A stretch of 64,000 bases of DNA from Rhizophagus irregularis (lineage: Eukaryota): assembly GCF_026210795.1 (NCBI RefSeq), contig NC_089430.1, forward strand, positions 5,456,001-5,520,000, read 5' to 3'. The notes beneath the pieces are model-generated. The model saw only the letters and a program-made list of their open reading frames with translations, searched no databases and was not told the DNA's origin. Below, in pieces: positions 40,113 through 53,566 of this stretch (positions within the stretch are counted from its first letter, which is position 1; each line of letters starts with the position of its first letter). A program made the position numbers and the translations under genes.

Positions 40113-41081
40113 TACCTAGACCCGTTCCGTGTAAACACGAAACCAATCTATAACAGAGCGATCTATCCTAATACAATAAAAAACACAAAAGAAATAAATA
40201 AAAAAAAAACAAATCCGTATAAATCTAAACTAACAATGGACCTAACTAAAATAACAACTTAAAAAAAAAGAAAATAACTAATCTAAGAAACTAAAATTAA
40301 AAGAAGCTCTTGCTAATCTAGTAAAAAAAAACTATGTAACTAATGTTTAGGTCGAACGCTTCCCCACATTTAGTTCCTTATCTAAACCATAATTACTCCT
40401 AGCTAATTTATTACATCTTATCGCTCATTTGTTATTGGAATATATTTTTTACGTTAAATCACGTGGCTTCGATTATAAGATACAAAATTCTCAGCCGATA
40501 CTTCCTACCTAAATTCTTCTTTATTCTTTTATTTTCTTCTTCCTCACTTCCTCAATTCTTTGGATTTCGTTTCGTGACGGCGACTCCACAATCGGTCGTT
40601 TCTCTCCAACTTCTATTTCATCCGTCTTACGATTTTCATCCTTCAGTCTGTTTTTAAATTCATCGTTGAGCGTTGGTGTATTCTTACAAAATTCCGCCAA
40701 ACTGATGATTTTGTGACCAAAAAGGAAGAAATTATTCGTTTTCATCAACCATGTTTTTAGCGTTTCCAGTTTCGAATCTAACCCATTCTCCATTCTCATC
40801 TCTTGTGTCGTATCTATATTGATTGTCTGCCATTCAATTCCATTAGATGTCTGGTTTGTTATTTACTTTATATTTATTTATTCAAACATTTCGATTTATA
40901 TCTTATGATGTAGAAAATTAGCATGTGATCGACCATCGATCATTGCACCCTTGTTATCCAGATTTAGAAAGTAAGGATGCACAAATATATCATATGATCA
41001 TAAATAGGCAATCTCTTACCGAAATTATTTCTGTCCTTTGAGAAGGGAAACATTCGTTCATCTAGAGCTAGTGGAAGTGAA

Positions 41082-44000
41082 ATGGAGAACGCTAATTTTG
41101 GTAGTAATATTATTATTACATTATTATTACGGCATTTTCTTTCTTTTTTTTTCTTTTGATAAAGATTCATAATGTTCAAACTTACTTTTAATAAATAAAT
41201 TGACTAGCATTAAGAAATAGACGACGTCAACCTCCTGTACAACCTCAACCTATTGTTAATAATACTATTTATGATATTGCTTGTGACCAGTTTACTAGAT
41301 TTATTAGACAAATTAGTCAACATAAACAAAAAATTGTTTATGGGTCGATTTTAATTGGTTTAATTTTTATATATGTAAGAAATTATTCTTAAGAAAAATT
41401 TTAATAATAATTTACATTAATTTTCATTAACAACTTTATATATTTGAATTTACTTCAAAGAAATATTACAGTTTCAACATCCCGAAACCGACTCAATTAC
41501 CATTATCGGATATTAACGCACCAGCTATACTCTTAATTGGAAAAACGGGTATGCCTTGATATCATACCTTTCTTTTTAATTAATTAACTTTTTTTCATTA
41601 AGAATATAATTATACATTTACTTGAAAGGCTCTGGCAAAAGTACGCTAGGAAATTTATTGTTGGGAACCTATGAAGATGAAAAACCGACTTTCAAATTCT
41701 CTGATAGCTTTGTAAGTAAAAAAAATGAATGTACTCGAGTTTAAATAATTTCGTTTATATTAGTTTCTAATTCCCAAAATTATTAGTCAGCCGTTACTCA
41801 GAACTCTAGTATTGCGAGGATTCAAATTGGTAATGAAATTTATAACATTATCGATACGCCAGGAATTTTTGACACTGATAACCCCAACGAAGTTGTCCTA
41901 GAAAAAATTGCTCGAACCATCCAAAAATGTGCTTATGGGATTAAGGCCATATTATTCGTAATTGGTGAGTGAGAATAGAGATTATATTCATGATAGAGAG
42001 GTGTATATATTAAAATATTTAAAATGTTTATAGAAGCAAAACGGTTCACGATAGAACAAAAGGAAATGGTCGACAGAATAAAATTATTTCTAGGAGATGG
42101 GTCTCTTCAATACATGATTTCTGTCTTTTCGCATTGTAGCCGTAAGCAGACCGAAGATCCTGAATATTTTAGAAAGTTTTCTTGGAATCCAGAAATGAAG
42201 GCTTTCGTCAATTCCATGGGTAATCGGTGGGCTATTTCTCCGAATCCAGAAAATTACCCTCCTAATAATCCTGTACGTAAACAACGTCTTGGAGATTTAC
42301 AAAATCATATCGTCTCTATAGATGGAAAGTATACGAATGAACTATTCGAAAAGGTCCAGAAAGAACAGGAAGAAAATGAAAGAAAAACGAGAGAAGAGGA
42401 AGTGAAGCGACAAAAAGAATACGATGAAAATAAAAGGAGAGAAGGCGAAGCCATTGCAAGGAAGATTTATGATAAGAATAGAGCAGAAGACGAGAGAAAA
42501 GCAGAAGAAAGACGAATAATGGAAATTAAATATATTAAGGATGCTTTACTTGGACAAATAAATATATTAGTTGAGAAAGTAGCCAATCTTACCAAGGATA
42601 ATGAGAACCTTAAAGAGAAAGTAGCCAATCTTACCAAGGAACACGAAAAGGCTGAACGCGAAAAGGCTGAACGCGAAAAGCCTGAACGCGAAAAGACTGA
42701 ACGTGAAAAGGCTGAACGCGAAAAGGCTGAACACGAGAAGAATCAGAGTTGTTTCGGGCTTGAGACACAAGTCGAACTTGAATCAGGAAAGATTGTTCAA
42801 ATGTCAGAACTTAAAACAGGAGATCGGGTGTTATCAAACATAAGAAATGGTATTGCTGAATACTCTGAAATTTATCTTATTAACCTGTACGTAAACAACG
42901 TCTTGGAGATTTACAAAATCATATCGTCTCTATAGATGGAAAGTATACGAATGAACTGCTCGAAAAGGTCTGGAAAGAACAGGAAGAAAATGAAAGAAAA
43001 ACGAGAGAAGAGGAATTGAAGCGACAGAAAGAATACGACGAAAATAAAAGGAGAGAAGGCAAAGCCATTGCAAGGAAGATTTATGATAAGAATAGAGCAG
43101 AAGACGAGAGAAAAGCAGAAAAAAGACGAAAAATGGAAATTAAATATATTAAGGATGCTTTACTTAGACAAATAAATATATTAGGTGAGAAAGTAGCCAA
43201 TCTTACCAAGGATAATGAGAACCTTAAAGAGAAAGTAGCCAATCTTACCAAGGATAATGAGAACCTTAAAGAGAAAGTGGCCAATCTTACCAAGGAACAC
43301 GAAAAGGCTGAATGCGAAAAGGCTGAACACAAGAAGAATCAGAGTTGTTTCGGGCTTGAGATACAAGTCGAGCTTGAATCAGGAAAGATTATTCAAATGT
43401 CAGAACTTAAAACAGGAGATCGGGTGTTATCAAACATAAGAAATGGTATTGCTGAATACTCTGAAATTTATCTTATTGCTCACATTGAAAAACTCGAGTA
43501 TGAAGAAAAGTTTGCTAAAGTCAGCTTTATTAGATCAGATGGATCTAAAGGCATTTTATTTATTAGATTTTATTGTGATTTACTAAAGTTAAATTATTTA
43601 TTTATATCATATTTTTACTTTTTTTTAGGTCAATTACGGCTTACAACTACTCATTATGTCTTTGATGAAAATTTATCAATTATATTCGCCAAAGATCTAC
43701 GTCCCGGAGAAACAAAGATATTGGTATCAGATGATAACAATAAACTAGTTTCGGTCTTTGTAGATGATGTGACAATCGTAAGTTTTAATCTATACTCAAT
43801 CTTTTATTAGTATAATAAAATTACTTTTCTTGATAATTAATTACATTTATATTTTAAACAGGAGATGTATGATAAGTGCATTAGTTTCTACACACGAGCT
43901 GGGTCAGTTATCGCTGATGGTGTACAAACGCTCATGGATTTGGTTTTTTTACCAGTTCGTTTGTGGACTTATATTATACCAAGAGAAGAACGGCTTCGTC

Positions 44001-44200
44001 CATATGTTCAGTTCTTAGAAACTATATACCTTTTATTTATAAATACTATGGAAAAAGGCAAACGACTTATTGAAAACTTAATATCTTCGGTTCCATATGT
44101 TCAGTTCTTAGAAACTATATACCTTTTATTTATAAATACTATGGAAAAAGGCAAACGACTTATTGAAAACTTAATATCTTCGGTACAAAATTGTAAATAA
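41082..44200 (+). pseudogene. GIN1-like copy 1 (TM-AIG1 GTPase-coiled coil-Hint), rearranged; Hint module inactivated
   Basis: The spliced 5' part is intact (LLIGKTGSGKST, SAVT, DTPG). A ~610-bp internal duplication (~42268-42881 / ~42882-43477) shifts the frame, giving a stop at 42935. The downstream Hint lacks LCSCYDQCPPS and there is a further ~90-bp tandem duplication at the C-terminus. Confidence 0.8.
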
Positions 44201-44483
44201 ATTTGGTTTAGATGATAATATTTTCTTTATTAAAGTAAAGTAATCTAAATAATGATATTTTGTTAATAAATTAATTTATTCGAAAATTTTATGTACGAAC
44301 AATTTTTGGTGTGACTTGAAGAAATTATAAGTAATTAGAAATAAAACTACAAAATGATTAATGTCATATCTATATAATTAAAAAAATGGTGCGGTAATTT
44401 GGTTTGTTATTAATAATAAGAGACTAATCTAACATTTTATAATAAAAACTTTATTGAGTACGTCATAAAATGCAGTAGATGTA

Positions 44484-45051
44484 CAGTGGGTTGCCAAAAG
44501 TGACCGACCGCCTAAAAATTAATAAAATCAGTTATTTTCATTAACAATTTTATGCTTATTTTAAAATTAGAAATATAACAACTATTTTAAAGTATTTTTA
44601 TACTTAATTAATAATAAAATTGTGTATAAATAATTAATTTTAATGTGATGCCAAAAATCGATTTTTCAACTAAAAATTAGCTTATTTTCAAAAAATCAGA
44701 AAAATTCGATAAAATTTCACCAAAATTCATGATTTAAAAGCAGATTTTTCCAAGAATTGCTGATTAAAATTTTCTGATTTTTTGAAAATAAGCTAATTTT
44801 TAGTTGAAAAATCAATTTTTGGCATCTATTCTACTCTAGCTACTCTGGTTAAAAAGTCATTTTTTTTTCATATTAAAATTAAATATTTATGCACAATTTT
44901 ATTATTAATTAAATTAATTAAGTATAAAAATACTTCAAAATAGGCCAATAGGGTTTTTATATTTCTAATTTTAAAATAAGTATAAAATTGTTAATGAAAA
45001 TAACTGATTTTATTAATTTTTAGGCGGTCGGTCACTTTTGGCAACCCACTG
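44484..45051. mobile_element. Foldback-type Tc1/mariner MITE
   Basis: CAGTGGGTTGCCAAAAGTGACCGACCGCC termini, TA flanks, and inverted repeats covering over 200 bp per arm. Confidence 0.92.
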
Positions 45052-46161
45052 TATTATAAACTCTATCACATTTATCATATTCCAAATTAACCAAACGAAT
45101 CTGATTAGGTTTGTTTGATATCAGTTCTTTACGCTTAAATTTATTAAGCAATTTATGTGGTTAGGTAGCAGAAGGTTTATTAGTGTATAATTAAACAATA
45201 TATTAAACAATGTATCAAAATTATCCGATCAGACGTGTTGTATAGCGCTGTACGTCGGCATATACTTCCAAACACGAATAAAGGATTTCACTTGATAAAA
45301 AACTATCAATTTATAACTTAAATAAAAACTTTATTTATTCCCTTACTTTACTACAAGAAAATTGACCTATATTTATAATAAATTATACATATACTAATAA
45401 ATTTAACATATCTACTATGTATAATATGACTAACATGTTCAATACGTTGATCATAACCAACATGTTAATTAGGTTCGACATGTTAATCATGTTCGGCATA
45501 TTAATTATGTCTGACATGTTAATCATGTTAAACATTTGCAACATCGATAAATTTCGGAGTGGCACATGATGATCACATGACAATAGGCTATGTATAATAA
45601 ATACATTGTTAATTATTGATAATTATAGGCATGCCTAACATTCCGAGCCTTGGTATAATTTATAAAAAAAAAAATAGAGTATAACTCTAATATTGACATT
45701 ATCAAATTTTGAGTGTGTATTTAATGAATAAATATTATAATCAAAACCTCTACTTATAAATTACCATATAAAACTTGATGAATTAAATAATGTATTAAAT
45801 ATTTATTCTGTTGCATGTTCAAAATTGGCAAAAATTGGTAAAGTTATTGTTAACTAGGAACCTCCCTCAATGATTCATCAAACGATTTGATTGGCTAAAA
45901 AAGCTATATTTCCTAATTTGTGGCATGTTTTCTCATGTTGATGCCATTTTTATTTATTTTTGCTTCAATTGATTGAAATTCTTAGGCATTATCTCAATCA
46001 CTTACCGATCTCATTGAGAGAAGTGCTTGAGAACGGCCTTAATCGACTGCAATCAAGGAATCGAAGATGTGTGGATCAAAAATTGATTAACCTTTGATTA
46101 ATCACGTGAAATCAATTTTTTTACTCAATTTAAACGTTGGACGTTTATATCACCATTAGAG

Positions 46162-48751
46162 GCTCTTTTCAAAAACTCTTTCCCTTTCCATTTTTTTTAT
46201 TAAAATCTGCAGTAAACAAATTTTCTTACCTTAAAAAAAGGAAAAAATTTTTTTGAGAGGCGAGGACCCTGGGACGGCCTCTACGGAAAGGTTCCCTCTC
46301 ACTTTACCTGTCCCTTGAAAGAGTCAGAGATGGAATATAAAACTATCTCTATAGTAATATGCCTATAGAGGCTATTTCTTTACGTTCTTTTCAAAAAAAT
46401 GTCCAAAAAATTCCTTCTCCTAATGAATATAGTTTTAGTATTTCAGTAAAAAAATTTCACGTGAAAAATAATAACCGTACCGGTTATAACAAGATTTATG
46501 AATTCAGGCGTTCAAAAAGTTACTTTTTTGAGCTGGCCAATCAATTTTCAGGCACCAATGATATTCACCTTACTATTCACACAAACATGAATACTACCCC
46601 TATTCGGTATACATCATCAAGTCCTTTTCCAAACACAAAATTTAAAATTATTAAAATGCTCACGCACTTTTTTTCTCTACAACGAGTCATTCCACGTAGA
46701 ATACAACAGAAATATTTCAACCTTATTTGCCAAAAATTATTAGAGCGCTTAAACATTATCCGGTCACGTGCCAGCAATATTTTTCTACCTGATAATGAAG
46801 AGCATTATCGCTTTAGAAGTCTAATTCACAACAAAACTTCTAAAACTTTCTTCAACTTCTCGTACAAAAGATATCGTTTTCACTTCGGCCTTTATGTACC
46901 TTGTCAATCTCTAATGAGCTTGAAAAAGTCTAACGACATACACCTTTGTTGTACCCCTAGTCCTTTTGTGATGACTAATGATCAACATGCATGCATCGAC
47001 CATCAAAAAGTTTTTTTTAGAAATCGCCTTTATCATTTTATTAAACAAAATAATCGCGAAGATTCACCTTTGGTGAATTTTAAATCTTCACACGCCAACA
47101 AAATCTTCAACGAATGGAACGAGGGCACAGAAAAATGAATTTTTTCACGATGCTTCAGTATTGAATACTCTATGAAATATATGGCTACTAGTAACAAAAA
47201 TGTCATACACAAACAATACCGTTATATGTACTCTAAACGGATGTTTGATCTCAAATTCATACCTTCTCCTAATCCGTGCACCAAAAAGAAACAGATGAAT
47301 CATTTTAATCGCAAATGCAATAGAGTTTTTAATACACGCTACGACTCGGCCTGTGTTAGTTTCAGAGAGAAACTTAAAGCCACTAGAAATAATCATTTTC
47401 TTTTTCACAAATCTCAAACTGTTCATAAACTTATTTCACACCTTAAATACTTATCCACATCAGATATTCCTAATATTACTGATCACCCCTTCAAAGTTCC
47501 GTTCTACGTACCTCTAGGTTAACCCTCAGTTCCTAAAGAACATCTTTTATTAGACGAACCTAAACTAGTGTTCCCAAGCGAGTTTAAATTCACAGTACCT
47601 TTAAACGCACCCCAATTTAGGGCGAATTCATCAGAAATTTCGATGAACAACTACAATTTTAATAACCTTACTGACATCTAAAGGTAATATTACCTTTTCA
47701 CCACACCCAGCTCATACCATAGTGGCTACTGTGGAAAATTACAACCCAATACCTGCGACATTAGAGTGGACTTTGAGTCTAAGGAAATTACCAGAGAGAT
47801 ACGAACCTTTCGTTCCCAGATCACCTATTTATGATGCACATCAAAATTATTTACCTCCAGGTTCAGCAGAATGGTCAGGTGCTGTTCACAGGTTCTATGC
47901 ATTACGAGACATAGAACCAGGCTCAGATGCCGATTACCGTAGATTAAGGTTATCCCAAGATCATGGTACCAGCCTTAAACACATTCAACGTCGACTAGAC
48001 ACTACGACTTACCTTACAACTGTTCAAACTCGTTATCATCGGTATATGACACATGCTACCGGCAATTGTTCGGATAAAGCCTATAATCATGAACTTCGAT
48101 GTTACACGCAATACATCAACTCCTTACCAAAGGATTATATGATCCCACATCTTGAGGATATTGCTTACAATGACACTTCCGACGATACTAAAGAACTGGA
48201 AGTTCATCCCAAGAAATGGGACAGTTTTATTAACTTTAACGATCATCACCTTTATAAAGATCAACTTAAACGTGATGGGTTACCCTACCGACTCCCCCGC
48301 CTCTGGATCGAACAAATTTTAACTTTTTTTCTTTTTATTAAAGATTTATATTACACATTTTTTTGTAATGAGTCACTCACTTTTAGCCCTTTTTCCTTCA
48401 TTTTATTCTAATCATTTTACTTTTTATTAGTTTATCACGAAGTTTATCTACTTAATAACAATTAAGAATAGTGTGAATCATTCCACCTCTGACAGTATTT
48501 ACAGGTGGTCGCCCACATGGGTGAAAAGAAAAATAGGGCTGTTCCTTTTTTTTTGGTTTCGGTCATTTCATGACTTAGGTTATGTCTAGGTTGTTTTTTT
48601 AAATAACAAGGCAGGACAACTTCTTTGGGCTTCTCCCAAGAGGTTGGGCTTCATCATTAGCTTAGAATTTAGTAGACTTATAGTTTATAACTATTCTTAT
48701 GTAACGTTACGCTCCAGTCATGTCTATATCTTAAAAATAAAAATAAAAAAA
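46162..48751 (+). mobile_element. 2.6-kb retroposed insertion (A-rich tail, 15-bp TSD) carrying a broken ORF with no recognisable RT
   Basis: ATATCACCATTAGAG at 46147-46161 and 48752-48766; A-rich tail at 48733-48751; intronless ORF pieces 46359-47138, 47172-47522 and 47722-48411. Confidence 0.8.
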
Positions 48752-49044
48752 ATATCACCATTAGAGATATTAATTAAAGTGGTTAAGCTGCGCCTATTAT
48801 TACATATGGCTCGCTCGCTCGATGATTAAACCAATCGGAAATGGTCCCGGATTTTTGAATAACTGTATATTTCTGAAAATAGCTATGGAACAAAGATCAC
48901 AAGACCCATTACATTGCAACGAATGCAACGTTGGAAAAAAAGTTCACGTGACGAAGCCCCTTAGAACTTTAAAAATTCACATTTCATTTTTAATTAAGGT
49001 ATGATTTATTTACTATATTCTTATTAATTTATTGTTATAATACA

Positions 49045-49224
49045 AGGACCCGAAATATATATAAAGAGGTAAGGTGACTTTCAAATTTTTTATTAATAGG
49101 TTTAGTACATAAAATTTTCTAATCAGAAAAAATACTTTAACCTCTGATCATCATGTGATTTGCCATTGATGTAAAATTTTATGCAATAATGCACCTTACC
49201 CCTACATATATATTTCGGGGTCCT
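49045..49224. mobile_element. 180-bp MITE of the AGGACCC transposon family
   Basis: Both ends read AGGACCC(C)GAAATATATAT..GGTAAGGTG; flanks ATAATACA/ATATTACA (7 of 8 match); the paralogous empty site near 59833 has one copy (CTATTACA). Confidence 0.88.
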
Positions 49225-49849
49225 ATATTACAATCAAAGTATCATTTATGCAGAAATTAAATATTTATTTCATGAGGACATTGTTTCAAACAGTTAATGA
49301 ACTTTTCGGATTTTATTCTTAAATTACAAATTAAATCAATGTATTATTCACATTATTACTTTTTTTAACGATTAATAACTGAAAAATACTTAACAAGTAT
49401 TCAGGCCAGATTGTTCGAGTTGATTTTAGTTAATAAAATCTAAAAAAGATTAAATTCTTTTAAAATTCTGAACTAGGTGACAGGTTTTTTTAAACAAATA
49501 AAACAGTTTACCTTTTCTCGTTTTCTCCCAGAACGATTCCAATAGTGATATTTTTTTCGTACGGTTGGATTTGTTATGGGGTTTTGTTTTTATTAATTTT
49601 ATTAATTTAACTTTTTTTTTTTGACCAGTTCGTGAGTCATGTGAGTCAAATTGCGTACTATTTATTGATATATTAAGTGCCGACATTATTAAATTATTAG
49701 AATCAAAAATGGACGAGTGAAGGAAATATTATTAGAATGTTGAATTATAATGGGCTTGTTATTATATGAATTTATTCATTTATTTATATTTACTTATTGA
49801 TCAAATAAAAAAAAACAAAATTTGTGAAATTAATGCAATGTTTCGATTT

Positions 49850-50160
49850 ATATGTAAATTGAAATCGCACTAAACTTATGTAAAATCATATAGATCATTA
49901 TATAATACGCCTTGTTATCCATATTTAGGAAGTTATGCATTTTGTTTATATGCATTGGAATGGTAATATACAAAATTTCTATCCTCGAAAGTTTACAAAA
50001 TCTAATGAGAAAAAACGATGAGGGATTATACAGCCACAAATCTTCGTTCATCTAGAGCTAGTGGAAGTGGAATGTCAGACACCACTTATTCAGGTATTAT
50101 TATATTATCACATTATTATTACGGTATTTTTCTTTTTCTTTTTTTTTTGTTAAAGATGTA
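49850..50160 (+). pseudogene. Orphan promoter and first exon of a fourth GIN1-like copy
   Basis: Shares the CTTGTTATCCAnATTTAG upstream motif and the NLRSSRASG..SDT..G|gtatt exon 1 with the other copies; no downstream exons. Confidence 0.65.
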
Positions 50161-50239
50161 CTATCCTATTAATTTTAATTTAAAGATTTCAATGGATTCT
50201 TATACGATTCTTATACTTAAAGTATTAAGCTAATTCAGT

Positions 50240-50375
50240 CATAATTATACATGTAACGCAATGCATTTTCAGCGAAATCTTGAAAATTGGACTAGTGGAA
50301 ATAATGATATTGATGAATTTAAAAGTTTAAATAATTCAAAGAGTGTTACATTGGAATTTACGAATGAGGTATAAT
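50240..50375 (+). pseudogene. Deleted solo kinase N-lobe module
   Basis: CNAMHFQRNLENWTSGNNDIDEF joined directly to KSLNNSKSVTLEFTNE|gtata. Confidence 0.7.
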
Positions 50376-51890
50376 AAATTTAATTAGTATTAAATAAAAT
50401 TCCAAAGTTCATTTATTATTTCTTTTTCTTCTTATCACCAAGTTAATTTATAAATTTGCAATTATAAATCGTCATTGTACTAATTTTCCCATGGTATTGG
50501 AAAGACAACATTTATGAAATTTAAAACAAGCAGGCTATGTACAGAGTCTAACTGTCAAACGTCACTATAAATATATAACCATTGGAGCTAAGATCCGCCT
50601 TACCAAAGTTTTAGAAATAATATACAGGAGCGGTTAATATAACAAGAAAAGGACAGTATTTCTTTAGGATGTTTGATGCGATGAAATTAGAAGTTGATAT
50701 AGTTGGCAGGCGGTAAAGAGGAGAAAGATAAATTAGACGAAAGAAAATATAAAAATCTATAGTGGACACTTCGCCAAAATAATTAACATAACAGATAAAC
50801 AATATCAGATATATATTAATATACTTTAATGACGAAAAGGATATGATGAAGGCCGTTCATAATTCTGCAATGCAAGAGAAAATTGGCGCAGGACTGCAGA
50901 TTAAAGGGCAAGATGAACTAATAGATAAAGAAAGATTCTTCAGCAAACCGGAAATTTGAAAGACGGCAAATAACGTCGCTAATTCTCATTCAGAGGATGA
51001 ACAATATCTTGAAGCGACAGATAGTCTAACGGGTTCAATGATTCCAAGTAACTTTTTGTTGATAGAATTAAAGATATCAAAAGGTAAAGGAGAAGTTGTC
51101 GAATCGGAAAAGAAGAATTAAATAGGAACAAAAAACGTATTGTGGAAACCTATGGTAGTTAGGAAGATAGCGATAGTGATTAACCATTCAATAGAATAAA
51201 AAAATGTGGGAAAGTAGGGTTAGGTTTTGTTTCTTTTTCTCGTCGGAAAAGAGTATGGGATAACCTAGTCAAGTGAAATGGGAATCTTTGCCTAGTATCG
51301 ATTACATTTCCGTTGAACGAATGAAGTTTAATTTGACTATACTTTTCTGATATTTCATTTCACTTTTTCTGATTTTTTTAGAAATTATATATTTAATATT
51401 TTTATGTTCACCTTAATGGGAATGTAGAATTACACTATTAATGGAAATACACAAATTTCTGGGATTACGTTAATATAGCAAAATCAGTGGTTGGGTATGT
51501 CTCATTATAGCGGATCGGCAATTGATAGAATTTGAATTATAATTTACTTTATATGTAACCGTGTTAAGTGCTGGTTATACCCGGCTTGTAAACCGGGTCC
51601 GATTGATTAACATCTGGAATTTTTTGATTTGTAATCATTTGTAATCATCCGGACCCATGACTTCTGCCGCCATTACATGGAATCCGAGCTAATTACACAT
51701 CGGATCCAATGGGAACCTGGACGAAAACTGCGCTAACTTATGATATAGAAAATTTATCACGTGAACGATTATATAAGGATAAGTCTATCATTTATAATGC
51801 GCCTTGTTATCCAAATTTAGCATAATTCGCTTACGAATTTTTTTCTATCCTCGAAAATTTATTTGTCTTTGAAATAAATTGAGAAAAACA

Positions 51891-53566
51891 ATGGAAAATC
51901 TTCGTTCATCTAGAACTAGAATATCAGACACCAATATAGGTATTATTATTGTTATTATTAAATATTACATTATTATTACGGTATTTTTCTTTTTTCTTTT
52001 TTCTTTTTTTTTTAATATATTTCTCAATATTATTTCAATAAATTGACTAGAATTAAGAAATAGTCAACGTCGACGTTCTATACCTCAATCTACTTCAAAT
52101 AACCGATTTTCTAGACGAAATGGCCAAAATAACATTTTTACTTATGTAACATCCCTAATTGCAATTTTTGTGTTTTATAATCTTGTAATTAATGTATTTA
52201 AATTTACTACAAATTTATTTTACGGATCCGACATTTCAGGTATATCGCATAATACTATAATTTTAATTACTCTTGCATATTTATTTATATGTATTGTGTT
52301 ATTAGGTAACTTCTACTTCTGAACTTTTAATTAAGCCCCGCCTCTCTTTAGTTAATCGATTATTTCTATGATCTGAATAATTATGACAGATAATATGTAA
52401 GGAACATAAAATCCGTTTTCAAATTTCATATTTTTTTAATACTTATCGATTTTCACACTTTAGACCTAAATTGAAATCGCATTTATCGGATATCGATTCA
52501 CCAGTCATACTCTTAATTGGGAAAACAGGTATACCTTGATATTGCGTTTTTATTTTGGTCGTTTATATTATTTCCATTGAAGACATGTAATTCATCCTTT
52601 TGTAAAGGTGCTGGTAAAAGCACTCTGGGAAACTCATTGTTAAAAACCTCCGAAAATGAAAACCCGACTTTTCTTGTTTCTGATAGCTTTGTAAGTATAA
52701 AAAATAAATGTACTCTATTTAAATAATTTCATTTATACCAGTTTTTCTAACTTTTAAAAAATGATTAGTCATCCGTTACTAAAAAATCAGGTTTTGCGAA
52801 TATACAAATCGGTAACGAAATTTATAACATTGTCGACACGCCAGGGATTTTTGACACTGATGATCCCAACGATGTTGTCCTAGAAGAAATTGCTCGAACT
52901 ATCCAAAAATGTTCTTATGGGATTAAGGCCATATTATTCGTAATTGGTAAGTGAGGATAATAATGATAACATTCACAATAGAGAGGTATATGTTTAAAAA
53001 GTTATTTATAGAAGCAAAACGGTTCACAGAAGAGCAAAAGGAAATAATCAACAGAGTAAAATTATTTTTCGGTGAAGAGGCCCTCCAATACATGATTTCT
53101 GTCTTTTCGCATTGTAACCGTAAGCAGACAAACGATCCTGAATATTTTAAAAATGTTTCTTGGAATCGGGAAATGAAGGCTTTAGTCAATTCCATGGGTA
53201 ATCGGTGGGCTATTTCTCCGAGCCCAGATATTTTCACGCTTAATAATCTTGTACATAACCAACGCCTCGAAGAATTACAAAATCACATTGTCTCTATAGA
53301 TGGAGTGTATACAAATGAATTACTCGAGAAAGCTCGGAAAAGACAAGATGAAAATGCAAGAATTGCGAGAGAAGCAGAAGAGAAACGACAAAAAGAATAC
53401 GATGAAAATAAAAGGAGAGAAGGTGAAGCCATTGCAAGGAAGAATTATGAGAAGCAGAAAGAAATAGATGAGAGAAAAACAAATGAAAGACGAAAAAAGG
53501 AAATCGAGGATATAATGGAATTTCTACTTAAACAAATAAATAGCCTAAAAAAGACAGTGGATAATA
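51891..53566 (+). CDS. GIN1-like copy 2: TM-AIG1 GTPase-coiled coil, cut off just before the Hint domain by unrelated sequence
   Basis: ATG 51891; LLIGKTGAGKST, SSVT, DTPG. Homology to copy 3 stops at KKTVDN; the frame reads on into T-rich foreign DNA to a stop at 53658. Linker exons at 52240-52460 are unresolved and it may be a pseudogene. Confidence 0.7.

Noticed and set aside
40113..40145. Helitron 3' end (hairpin plus CTAG on the minus strand)
   Set aside because: CTAG is not followed by T and no 5' TC end or Rep/Hel sequence was identified.
45383..45583. 66-aa M/I/N-repeat ORF
   Set aside because: Arises from a degenerate 9/18-bp tandem repeat; no support for coding.
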